Shown: positions 24,501 to 36,689 of the stretch, in pieces | Numbering within the stretch: the stretch's first letter is position 1 | How the letters are laid out: every line of letters starts with the position of its first letter | NCBI RefSeq assembly: GCF_963853765.1 | Contig: NC_088855.1 | Span: 29,760,001-29,824,000, forward strand | DNA: 64,000 nucleotides | From: Magallana gigas | Lineage: Eukaryota | Direction of reading: 5' to 3' | Translations under genes and position numbers: made by a program | The notes under the pieces: generated by a model | Told to the model about the DNA's origin: nothing | Seen by the model: only the letters and a program-made list of their open reading frames with translations | The model's database searches: none

Positions 24501-27500
24501 CTGGCTAGCATATAGAATTTTTAAATCTTAAAGAATTTTCCTTTTCTTCATTAAAAAATGTTTATAGATTCTAAAATGTTTACAGAATCTTTAAGTAGTT
24601 GGTATATATAGGTTTAATTTAATTAAAATGTAAGATAGATTTCATCATCTCAAATCCTTAGCTAGAACCATCAAAGTATAATCAGAGTTTTTGAATTGGT
24701 ATAGTTCAGTGTATATATTCAAATATACATGTACATATATACTAGTATAATAGAGATCAATTGATTAGAAATATATATATATTAATTATCATGTAAGTAT
24801 TTCCATCCCTGTCCATTTGTTCTGTTGGGGACTGGTTTGCCCCCCAAAAAATTTATTTTGTTTGTCAAGCACAACTGTTTTTGTCAAAATTTTTGTGGAA
24901 ATACATCCAGGGATTTTAGATTAATTGCCGTTGCATATTTAAAGGAACCCTTTCCTCAGGAGCATTCATTGATTTAATTTGTCCCCTGGTGGTGTAAGGC
25001 TTGATATGCACGTGTATGGTTCCCTCTGCCTCACCCCATCTGTTCAGAGAACCTGCCTACATGTATATCCAGATTTTAAGAATGGCCTTTCTATAAAACA
25101 GATTTGTGGCTAATGGTGATGTTACAATACCCAAGAATACTCTTAGAAAAAGGGGCTGTTCATTCCTGTTTGTTTTTTTTTTCTGTTTTGTTGGTCAATT
25201 TACAAAGATTTACTGTGCAGAAAAAAGATATAAGGATGAAGGAAATAGAATCAAAATGAATTCGAAAAATAATCGTTGATTTTCTTAGACAACCATTTTA
25301 AAGGGCAAACACAGGCCTTTAAATGAATAAATGTTCTACATGTATTGTAATAGACAGCATTATATACATGTACATGTACTCTAGGTTTTGTACATGTCAC
25401 ACTACATGCAGTGTATAATTATATGTATTATATATTTTCTCTCATTATTTCAGGGTGTATCAATATCAGATCAGGAAATCAAATTATTTTGTAAGTATTC
25501 ACTCATAGATATTTACAATACGTTAATTAAATATATATAACCAATTTTGATAATAATGCAATCTGTAGGAACCATTGGAATACAAAAATGCTGCAGTCAT
25601 ATATAATTGCTATTATTTTATAACATTCTTCAAACTATTTGCAAGGAATTTGGAGAGGTTGAATTAACTATCATTCAAATAATAATTGATAATTGTCTTA
25701 TTGAAGCGTGGGTATTCACAATTATCCTTAAGGTAGTCCATTAATAGCTGAGGTGAATTTAACAATTTTGATTGATATGAACTATATTGAATACCTGTTT
25801 TAGAATTATCATGCGGCCGACATAACCAAACTCGGAAATATGTATGCAGTCGATTAAATAAACTTTTTTGCACTTGGAACTTTTTTTAAAGAGTTGTCTG
25901 CCCCTTGCAAAAATTAAAAATATTCAATTATTAAAAATATGTACGGTAAATATTGAACACTTTGAAAAAAAGTAAAGCTTTTGCAAATTTTTACCAAGAG
26001 ATTTGCGAAAAAATTATTTGTACTATGAAGATATATTCAAAAATGCATTTTTTCCCATAGACTTCAATGTTAACTTTAAGATGGGAAAAATTTTTTATAT
26101 TCCAAAATTTTTAAAAATTTAAAGATGAATCTTTATCATTAAATAAACCTCTTAAAACCACACTAAGATTTTAGTAATCAAACTTGCAATCTATTAGATA
26201 TGAAATATGATAGGTATGGATGGACTACCTTAACCAAAACATTTCTTTCTCATGACATTGTTTTAATATGTTTTGGGTTTTTTTGCAGGTAAAAATTCTG
26301 CCTTTGTTCGAATTTTGAGGTGTACAAGTCTAGCGGAAGAATACAATAGTCAAACGATCAACACCCAGGATATAGGTAGAGTACTACCTGAGATTTGTTT
26401 GTATAGAAAGCAGAATTATTTATTTATAAACATTTTTCTTAATATTATGAATTATTTTTGATTAAAGACACTAAAAAATTTTGTTATTAAATACATGACG
26501 TTTTTTTTCTCTCATACAAGTTGATACGGTATTATTTTTTGGTTAAACTATTCAAGACGATTGATTTATGCTTTCCTATTGATGATAATTGATTAAGATA
26601 TTGACATATTTTGAGTATGTTGCAAAGAAAAATTGTTGCAATAAAGAAATGAAAATGCTGCAAACATTAGAGATGCACTGTATTATATGTATTATACAGG
26701 TAATCTAATTCATATACTCGTACATGTATTACTGGTACATGTACCAGATATGTTCACACACAAAAAAATTATTAAATATTCCTTTCATCATAAATTACAG
26801 GTATACAATTATTTATGATCCTTATCATGGTAGACTTTCTACCCTAAATGTGACCTCAATACTTTGTATGTAAGAATTATTTCAGAATGAATTGCAAGTC
26901 CTAGGTGATAAATTAAAACCTGTAGTTAAGGAGATATTTTAAACTGACCTCAAAATCTACACATGTACCTCAAGATTAATACCATTCAGTAAGGAGAATA
27001 GCCATTTCATAATAATTGTTTTCCACCTGATGCATACATACACATTTACATGTACCTGCAGGTTCACACCTGGAGGATGAGGACGGAGATAGCGAGATGA
27101 TATTCTACGTGTTACTGCGAGGCGTGGACAGATTTTACGAGGAATACAACAGATATCCAGGGGGAGATAATGACCAGGTGGAGCCGGATGTTCAGTTGCT
27201 CAAGGTCTGTATTAAGTTATCCCCCTTTGATGCCTCACTCTGTTTCTCTGGCCTAGCCAACAGTGGGCATAAACAACCTTAAATGTTTTTTATAGGTATG
27301 CATGACAACATCAAGAATGTACTCAACATTAAATATTTTCTGTTGGTGTGCTTGACAACCCCCTTTTGTTATCATGAATATTAATACGTATCAATTTCCT
27401 GTCGAGTTTTGATCTAAACTTCATTGAATGCAATGATGTAAACTAATAGGGTACACAAAGTTCTCTGAAAACCAAAGAACAAGCTATTGTAAGTATGAGC

Positions 27501-27913
27501 AGATGACTGATTTTGTAACTGCTAGCTTTTCATTGTTGTAGGGCATTATATCCAAATTAATCCATGAATGGGGATTAACATCCAATGTGAAGGAAGACTA
27601 CATCCATGAAATGTAAGTAAACATTTAAACTTCATCTGTCAGCCCCCCCCCCTCCCTAAAATGTCCCCCACCCCCTCTTGAAAAATCCCAGTAAATTTTA
27701 TATAGACTAAGGTTGATCTAATTATGGTTAGCTATTTTCTTTCCTGATTTCAGATGTCGTTATGGAGCGTCGGAACTTCACACGATTGCGTCCATCATGG
27801 GCGGATGTGCAGCTCAGGAAGTGATCAAAGTAATCACAGGACAGTTCGTTCCAATAGACAATACGTTCATCTACAATGCCGTCAAGCAGACTTCTTTTGC
27901 CGTTAAGTTATAA
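15595..27913 (+). CDS. NAE1: NEDD8-activating enzyme E1 regulatory subunit (APPBP1), 19 exons, 537 aa
   Basis: Exons 15595-15653, 15766-15869, 18654-18714, 18992-19022, 19141-19212, 19302-19381, 19751-19860, 20328-20437, 20910-20972, 21088-21151, 21588-21679, 21787-21846, 22132-22192, 22397-22545, 25454-25490, 26289-26375, 27062-27204, 27542-27612 and 27754-27913 total 1614 nt in frame. Diagnostic motifs [84 protein letters not shown]. Confidence 0.97.
19460..19654. mobile_element. TA-flanked MITE (family A: TACTGTGGTTTCAT...ATGAAACCACAGTA)
   Basis: Terminal inverted repeats; internal sequence shared with the copies at 44789 and 58971. Confidence 0.85.
20475..20557 (+). repeat. 42-bp tandem duplication in a NAE1 intron
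   Basis: AAATACAGTATAAGCAACAAA..GAATGAAATTGAGCCCAA at 20475 and 20517. Confidence 0.9.
20598..20765. mobile_element. Degenerate/partial MITE family A copy
   Basis: Starts TACTGTGGTTTCATCAATATT; contains the GATCCATGAA and CACGAAAATTGAT blocks; right end decayed. Confidence 0.6.
21218..21439. mobile_element. MITE related to family A (TACTGTGGAATCATT...AATGATTTCACAGTA)
   Basis: TIRs with TA flanks and the shared CCACGAAAATTG motif. Confidence 0.75.
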
Positions 27914-28221
27914 CAGCTGGAGCTCTTTAGTTGTTGTATGTTTTGTTATTAATGCTATTCAATGTGTTTATTTACATGTATAAACTGCCTCAATTTACCT
28001 CAGAATGAGACGGATGCTGCAATGCAGTTTAATAACATTAGTTCATAATAATTTTCTGTGCACAGCCAAAGCTTTCTCTTTTCTTATACTTTAAGGATAA
28101 AATTTATTTATTAGGTTATTGGAAATACTTACAATTGTAAACATGTCTAAGGAATAAAAAAAAAACGAAATAAAAATGATGGTCACATATTGTGGCACAA
28201 TAAAACTTGAAGTTTTAATAA

Positions 28222-31200
28222 TCACTGGTATTTGGACATGATATTTAAAATGTCTGTGTAAAGAAGTTGATGGGCGTCTTTTCCAATGATAAAGTCCACA
28301 TGATTCCAGTTTGGGAGCTCCTTCTGATGAACAATGTTAGGTAAATTGTCCAGTAGATACTGCACGTCAGTTCTGTCCGCCAAGAAATCGTTATCCCCAT
28401 AGAACATGGCCACTGGGACCGCCATGTTTTGTGGGTGATATTCTGGAGGCGTCGTCTACAAAAGCATATTCAATAAATCCTGTATATTTCCAATTAGATT
28501 TGATTTATGATCAAGATTTGGATGTTAGACACTTTGAAAACTTAGAACCATTTTAACAAGAGCTTGGACTTTGGGTAGTTGTGTCAAACAGCAATGTGAC
28601 GTAGGCCTTTCTACATCATTGTAGGCTACTCAGCCATGGCTCTTTGAAATCAACAAGATTTGTCTGGCTTTTGAGCCAAGACTACGCAATTGGTGTATAT
28701 TTCGCTTGAAACCAGCGTCATTTTCAACTTGTTTTGACACAAGAAATAGAAACCTGTAGCTACGTCCTACTGAAAGTCCAAGGCCTTGTTAAAATGGTTC
28801 TATGATGAATGTCATGTTCATTCTAAATTGGTATTAATGTGTTAAAAACTTCTTTAAAAATTTTCTTTAATTTTTCTTTAAAAAACTTGGGTTTTATTTT
28901 CAGTATTGTGGAATACTTTACATTTTAAACTTTAATAATTTGAATTCTTGTGTTTGTGTGAATATTATCACCTGGTTATAGCGTTTCATGTTACCATCAG
29001 GTCCATAGTCGTATTTCTGAAATTTATCAGCTTTGATACCCTGCGTTGGTAGAATAGAAAAAAAACCACACTGATGTTATGTTTACAACTTTCTATGACA
29101 ATGATTTATTCTTTGCAATCGCACAACAAATTTTTGGCCGATGTTACGTTAAAAAAAAAACCCCCAAAAACGGCCACTTGAACTCACTTGTAGGAAATGG
29201 ATGATGTCTTTGGCAGATGCCCCTTCATTTGAATGGGCCTTAAACACGGGGATTCTTGTCTATTAAAATAAGAATTTGTGTACACCTACTACAAAATTAC
29301 GATTTATGAATTACATTTACTTTCTAACGTCGCCTGTTGTTGTTGGTTCATGACAAACCGTCGGTATGTTACGATGTATTAAAAATGATTTCATTTACCA
29401 TTGTTATATGAAAATAAACTGGTAACGTTAATTTCGTCTTCAAACGAATTTAACAATGATAATACATCTACAACATAAAAAAAGAAGACTTGCCCAGTTG
29501 AGATTTGTTCTGTCCCAGCCCATGACAATGGAGGATAGTCCGTTACATATATACTGTGCAGGCAAAAAAGTACAGAATGTGTCAGCATACCATTTTGTCA
29601 GGGTGGAGTTTTGATCAAAGGCTTTCTTTCCTAGCACCAGTTCTGCTTCCTGTTAAAAATAGTTTGCATTCGATTCCTTCATGTTCTTGATATCTTGATA
29701 AAAAAAAAATTAGAGAAGGGAGGGGGTGTTTGTTTGTTGCGAGCGGCGAATTGCTATTAAACAAAAAAAAAAGGGGGGGGGGGTCACACATAGGGTACCC
29801 TGGATCTGAATGTTATGTCCTATATCCTTAATTAATTTCTCATTTCAATGTTTAAAGACCTACTTTCTGTGTAACGTACGGGTTGATGAATCCAAGGAGC
29901 CCTCTAACGTGCGTGACTTTGGCGATCGGGGCCATGGATATGAACAGTTTGATCTTGGAGGCTAGGTCTTTGTCCACGCTGAACTGGGCGTTAGCGATCA
30001 TCGTTCCCTGGGAGTGACCGATGTAGTAGACCGTTGTCGCGTTGGTTGTATTGAGGACGTAGTGGATAACGGCGGGAAGGTCGTATTCCGCCATTTCCTG
30101 CCAACTGGAACAAAATTGCGTCACCATAACCATATTGCGTCATCTGGCCACGTTACCTTCTGTAGTCTTTGGACTAAAAATTCTCGTTCAATTACGGAAT
30201 TGTGGTGTGTATACAGAGGTTAAATACACGATAAAACAGGGACTGTGCATGATAAGTCAATTCCAAATTCAAAACGCACTATTTCATATCTAACTCTGCA
30301 TAGATACCTCCAATCCCAAAACTCGTCTTGCGAGGGGTTGTACTTTTTGTGTGTCATTGAGTAGACGTTGCCCCTGCTGTTGGACAGCCAGACGTCATAT
30401 CCGGCGTCTGCCAGCACGAAGCCCAGACTTCCGGGAATCAGATTGATTAGGAAGTCGTCGGACGCCCCGGTCAGTCCGTGTTGGATCACCACCACACCCT
30501 TTGTTGCTTGAAGAACGACAATCAGTGCCATCAATGATAATGATCGATTTTGTTTCTTAAAAGAAAATAACGCCAAACCCGCAAGACAACAGACTCTGAT
30601 TAATCAGTATACACCGTATGCCGTTATAATAACTGGTTTGGGTATTATCTTTAATTTTTCATTTTAGAAAAATAACAATTACATATATAGGATTTGCGGT
30701 ATCAAAGATCTACGCCAGTTTCAGGATGATAGATAAGTTTGGAAGGCAAAACGGCGGTGGGTTTCATGCACGGATCTGTAAAATTCAAATTTCTTAATCT
30801 TTCATAGTAAAATTACAAAAGTATGCCTCGGACCCCCACCCACCCCCCCCCCCCCCCTCTTTTCCCCGGCAAACTCAAATATACCTCGGATCTCCCGTTA
30901 ATAAATTCTGGATCTGCGCATGGGTTGTTGTTTTTTTTTAGGGTTTTTAGGGGTGGTGGTGGTGAAATATAAAAGTTCTTTGAATATACCTTTTGTTGCA
31001 AACCGACCGTGCGGGATTCGCTGCATGTTCAGTATGAATCCATCCTTTGTTTCTACGTAGTGATTTTCCGCGGGGAATCCGTTATAAACTATAAGACTGG
31101 TCTGTCAAAGAGAAAAGCACAGTGAAGTATATAGCAAAGAAATATACATATATTATTTATTGCAACACTCTTAAACCCATTTTAAAATTGTTAATGTCCC

Positions 31201-31892
31201 CATCTTTCTTCATCAACACAAATTTTAAATTGTGTAATTGAAATGCATATTGTAAGTCTTCTACATATGAATTGGGACACTTGATCTTGCCAGAAAAGAG
31301 GTATCAATACAATTAATTAAAAAAGATTTTTGCATCATGTATGATTTAGTATTAATTGAAACTAAGCTCTAAAACACCAGATTCTTCTGGAAATTTTAAA
31401 TTGCTCTCAAATACAATCTACTTAAAATTCAGTGTTGCTATGCTTCTGGCACGAATAAATGTCTACCGCAATAATTTAAAAATAATGAAATATTCTACAT
31501 ACGTTGCTTGCGACCTATCAATTTCTGGGGCATTTGCATTTTAAGATGCATGCAGACAAGTGCTGACGTTTCACAAAATAGTACATGTTTGTGGTAGGGT
31601 TGAACATATCTTATTGTTTTTACATGGTGATAACAAAATAATGAAATATCGGGCACGAGACTTAGTTCTGAAAAATTAAAATGACCCGTTTACCCTGTGT
31701 TATTATTGATAAAGCAAAGTATTGTTCAATATTCAGATCAATGATATCAAATATCATAGAACATAGAGAGATCGCTCAAAACCTTAAAACAGTGACACTT
31801 ACTGCGTTCATATAAACTTCGGGATCGTCACAACAAGCTTTGGCGACGAAATAAAATACAAGGATGGTGAAGAAAACCAAGGACCGAAACAT
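28222..31892 (-). CDS. Acid lipase family (lysosomal acid / gastric triacylglycerol lipase-like), 8 coding exons, 390 aa
   Basis: Exons 31892-31803, 31101-30990, 30506-30308, 30104-29864, 29649-29494, 29259-29188, 29040-28972 and 28455-28222 total 1173 nt in frame. Signal peptide MFRSLVFFTILVFYFVAKA; DPEVYMN; QHGL; GYDVWLSNSRGN; catalytic GHSQG, GDNDFLAD and WNHVDF. Confidence 0.95.
28545..28800. mobile_element. MITE family B (TIR GAACCATTTTAACAAG..CTTGGACTTT, TA flanks)
   Basis: Clear TIRs; a related copy lies in the opposite orientation at 40533-40728. Confidence 0.85.
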
Positions 31893-32068
31893 TGTCACAA
31901 TATGTACATGTACCTTAAAGCGTGCCTCAAATTCGAATAATACGCAGTTTTATTCTTATCACACGTTGTTGTCGGCCTATTTATCTTTGACGTTTTATCT
32001 CATAATGCTACATATGTCTTTTCAGCACCTGTTCAAAAGTAAATCTCAGTTGTTTTGAAATACATGTT

Positions 32069-32080
32069 GAGAGAGAGAGA

Positions 32081-32125
<45 letters not shown>
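32069..32125. repeat. (GA)n microsatellite, one interruption
   Basis: Dinucleotide run just upstream of the lipase coding start. Confidence 0.97.
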
Positions 32126-32129
<4 letters not shown>

Positions 32130-33600
32130 CATGCATTTTTTCATGGGTGAGTGACCATCAAACAGAAACGCTGCAAATAATTACATGTTTCAGCAAATTT
32201 GAAACTCTTCATTTAAAACCGAACACATTAAAATTGATAATCTGATTCCCCATTATATTTTTATAGATTGTTCGACGTACTAACTTATCTAGATTTGATT
32301 GACATTAGTTTGGACTGCGAAAGTCAAACTGAGAATATGATTAAAGTAATTCAATATTGATTTCATTAAAACCATGGGTCCGGTTTGATATGGAGACTCG
32401 ATTAAATTAGCCACGATGTATTTTTACATTCTCTCTCTCTCTCGTTTCTTTTTCCTTATTATTTTCAAAACATTTTTTTTTTTTACTTCTTTTGTAAAAT
32501 AAACTCTAATTTTTCACAATAATTTCAAATCATATTGCAAGATTTCCATGAATTGGTACATATTTTTATTTTAAAAAAGATTATTTACTTGTTTCATCAA
32601 TTGGATACGTATCTATATACGAAATAATTCGGCAAACCTCGGACGATTCCGTAACCATCAATAAGATGAGGAACGAATCGGCCGAGATGTGGCAAATGTC
32701 TATCCCATTTCATAGATGAAATCTGTTTTTAAAAAAATGATTAAAATTACGCTTGGTTGAGAGTTGAGTTAATTAGTTTCAGATATTCATCTGGATTATC
32801 CTCCAATGAAAAGACTTTTCAATCAAAATTCAAATCTCATATTAGCGACTGGACTTTTGTTCATTGAATCGATCAAACAAAATCAGATGCTTGAAAACAG
32901 ATCACCATAAATTCTTGCCGGTAACGCGATTACGTGGAAAGTTCTACAATCATATCTACTGTAGTAACCTAGGCCTTACATTATAAAAATGACTTTTCTG
33001 GTTCAAAAAATTGTTTCCCTAGCTCAGACCTTTGTACTTATCTGTCTTCAAAATCGTCTGAGTACAAAACGTTATGGCACCGAGTAATTTTACAGTAATA
33101 TTTAATTTCACGCCAGTTTATGTTTTCTTTTATGCAGTGCATTCTGTTTATAGAGATGAAATGAACACAACGTAATAAGATATACTGATCAGTAATCCAG
33201 ATTTATCTAGATGTGGGGATTAACTACGGAGGGGATTTAATCTGAAATAAGATACATCGATTTAAAACAAAACTGTCGGAGTTCATGATGTTTATCAGTG
33301 TTAAATTCTGCATGCTTCTTTTGAGGGTTTTTTTTATCATGCTCCTTTCGCAATCATTTTTTAGGTCGCAAAAAATAATAATAATAACAATGAAACACGC
33401 AGAAAATTTCTATGTTCAATACTATGTACTATAAAATACTTTGAGAACAAAAAACATTATGCAAAGAAAAAAAAGGTGTAATACAGGGTGTATTTTGATG
33501 TTAACCTGACAGTGTTTATAGTAAAGACTGGTTTTATAAATTAATGCATTAAAGACAAACGACTTCACTCCATACTATTCGTAGAAACGGCTGCAGTTTA

Positions 33601-33900
33601 AAACAAGAGACCAGCAGGCCTTAACGGTCACATGAGTACAAAAGCCCAAACACGGATCTGTTGAGGAATTACATATACTAGGCATTTAGTTAAATTTCGT
33701 TCTGGAGTGAAAAAAAACACATTAAAATGTGATAATGGCCTAACCCCTTCCCTACCTGAAATCTTGCAAAAGGATTATGAAACCAATAATTTTGGTAAAA
33801 AACTTTAAGATCATAATAGAGTGTATGGCCTGATATTGAAAATGTTCAAGACATGTATATGTAATTTAATTTAAGAATGTCAGAATAAAGTTTTTAAACG
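33601..33900 (+). mobile_element. Fragment of a Helentron-associated non-autonomous element (left end; right extent approximate)
   Basis: AAACAAGAGACCAGCAGGCCTTAACGGTCACATGAG resembles the reverse complement of 52720-52755. Confidence 0.55.
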
Positions 33901-36689
33901 CTTGTCAATGTAATATTTTGCATGCGTGCTTAATTTTTTTAACATTACTTATTGTGTTAAAAATCCCTGTTGTAAACTTGAATTATAAACATTTCCTTCC
34001 GAAAAAGGGATTTCAAAACATTGTACGCAACAACGTGGAAAGTTGATTCACCCCCCCCCCCTTTTTTTTTTTTACTGGGTATGCTGTTTTCAAGGATACA
34101 TGTACAAATGTACCGGTTGTTAAAAGCAGAAATAAGTCATTGAAAAAGTATGAATCAGTGATGAATCAAAAGTTAAATGAAAATATGTTCGAATGAATTT
34201 GTTCCACCTTTTTATCTACACTAAATTAATTTATCTACACTAATTTATCTACACTAAATTAATTCAATTTAAATTAAATTAAATCTTATAGATACTATAG
34301 AAACATGCGACGGTTTTGAAGAGCAAGTATCTGAATAATTCATGTGCTATTTTAAACACGTTGGGCAGTGGAAATCAAATCAAATTCATATACATCGTAT
34401 GTTTACATTTAGGTGAGAATATATGGTCAACTTCCTAATTATAACTGTATTTATGAAAATCAAAGGGTAGTTGCCGTGTTCGATATAAATGCGCGTAATT
34501 TTTTTTTTTTTTTTTTTTTTTTTGTAATTTCCTTGACCATGTAAACGTGGTCGTGTACGTAATGTGTCTATATTTAGATATGACTCTTGCTGGTGACCTG
34601 AATATAATGGCATTCCTGCGGAGAAAAACTTGAACAGAATGCGCCAGTTGCCAAGATTCTGCTGAGTTTATGAATGAAATAAGTTTAAATTGAAATGTTA
34701 TGCATAACCAAGAGGCATGTAAGGTCTTGCCATTTCTTTGACTGTACCCCTCCTAATTTAATATTGGTGAAATAGGATCGTGACCGTCCCATAGTGTCAA
34801 CCAAATCAGATCAACCGGTCATTAACAAGAACTTTATATGGGTACCGTGGTACGCTGGTCTTTTATAATCATGAAATCGATCTTTGATTTACGCGATTTT
34901 ATTTCGATCACGAAGCTTAAATAAAAATAAATTATCCATCGATAATGTTCAGTTTAAAAAAAAATTATAAATTTTAAGCCGAAAGTCGCAGAAACAAAGT
35001 TATATATGAAAATAACATTCATTATATTGATATGAATTCAACACGAAATAAAGATATGATCTTTTTATTCACCCCCTCTCCTCCCTTAAAAAAAATTATC
35101 TGGCGGATGTTCTTTTTATCCTTTTTTTAAATGCTATACTGAGGCGAAATATTTGTATGGGTTATCCATGAAAACATCTAGTGATACATTCTGAGGAAAG
35201 CCTAAGGATATTTGACAGAATTTTGCCGCAATAACATCGTTATATAGAAATTATTGCTCTGCTTGTACCAGCTAATGCAAAACTTTGTCCAATATTTACT
35301 AGTGAACATTTCCAATAAAGAAAGTTTCTACATTTTTGGTACCTTAAATGAAGGTTGAAAGCTTATACCGGTAGCAAGTTTAATTTGTAAAAACAGAGGA
35401 AATTATTTAAATGGTCACTTGGATTCTGTTGACACATACAAAAGATTACCTCTTGACACCCTCATACCCCCGGGTGTAAGCTAACCTTGCCATCATTGAC
35501 TTTTCTATGCGTCTATATTTCAGCTAAAATATTTTCTTTTTCCTTTTCATGCATCTGAATGCATGATGAATAAAATTGCAACGAAAATATTATGGTATTT
35601 TAATTGATCTCTAAAAGGTATCAGCATTCTGATAATTAAAGTGCAGTAAGTCAATCCGTGTTTAATGAATAAACAAATTTTTCGTTACTACGTGAGTAAG
35701 GTATACCTGATGCTTATGAGTTCAATAGAGACCTAAAAAGATGGGTATTAAGTTTCCCAGGGGGTAGTATCTAAAATAATGTTCACAATTAATCCTAGCC
35801 GCTGTTCAGGTCTGTCTGTCATTGAATCCCGACATCACATTCAGGTAAGTTAGTTAATTTATCTTTTTCATTTATCTTGAAACATAGGAAAATATAAAAA
35901 TCAATTAAAAGGGAAGTGTTTTTCCCAAAAAGTTGTTACATGAATAAACAATTGGTATTAATTATTTTCGAAGATTTCGAATGTTGTGATTTCAAGTGAA
36001 TTTAAAAAAAAGAAGATACCGATCATGCGCGATCCAAATTATTTTTTTTTAAAAGTGATTAGAAAGTCCTTTGCGTACACTTTATAATGTATGAATTAAA
36101 AGCTTTGAACATATTTAAAAGATATGTAGCCTATATTCATAATCAAATATTTTATAAAGTAATTTTTTTTTCTATTACAAAAAGTTCATCTTTTTTATCA
36201 AAATATCATGCCTATGAATTTACATGTTTAACGTATAGCTTGCACATGTTTATTTATACAATAGTGTACAGTTTATAAGGAAAATTAATAATTTTTCATG
36301 AATAAGTTTTGAAAAGCAGTTTCTAACTAAAAAATTCTAAATCATTATTTTTTCATATTTTAGATCAGTTCTTGATAACTTTTGATATTAAAATTTAAAA
36401 AAAAATGTTTTGATAGTATTTTAAATACATTTGTGCATTAAATTGAAATTTAAAAAAATTATCACTGTGTAATAATAACTTTTACAAAATTATATAAAAC
36501 TGCCCTGCAGAGTTTGAAATGAAAAATATATGGGTTACTAAGGGTGTTGAACCCACTTTCTTCCTGTAAAATAAACCATTGCACCTAATAATATATTGTC
36601 ATTGAAGTTAGCTGGGATATGCATGCGCAGCTTAAATATTTAAGGAAGGTCAGGTGCATAATTTTTTTTTTTTTTGGTGGGAGGGAGGG

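Noticed and set aside
24940-25080. Possible intronic H/ACA snoRNA in NAE1
   Set aside because: Only one short stem and a chance ANANNA; no second hairpin or properly placed ACA.
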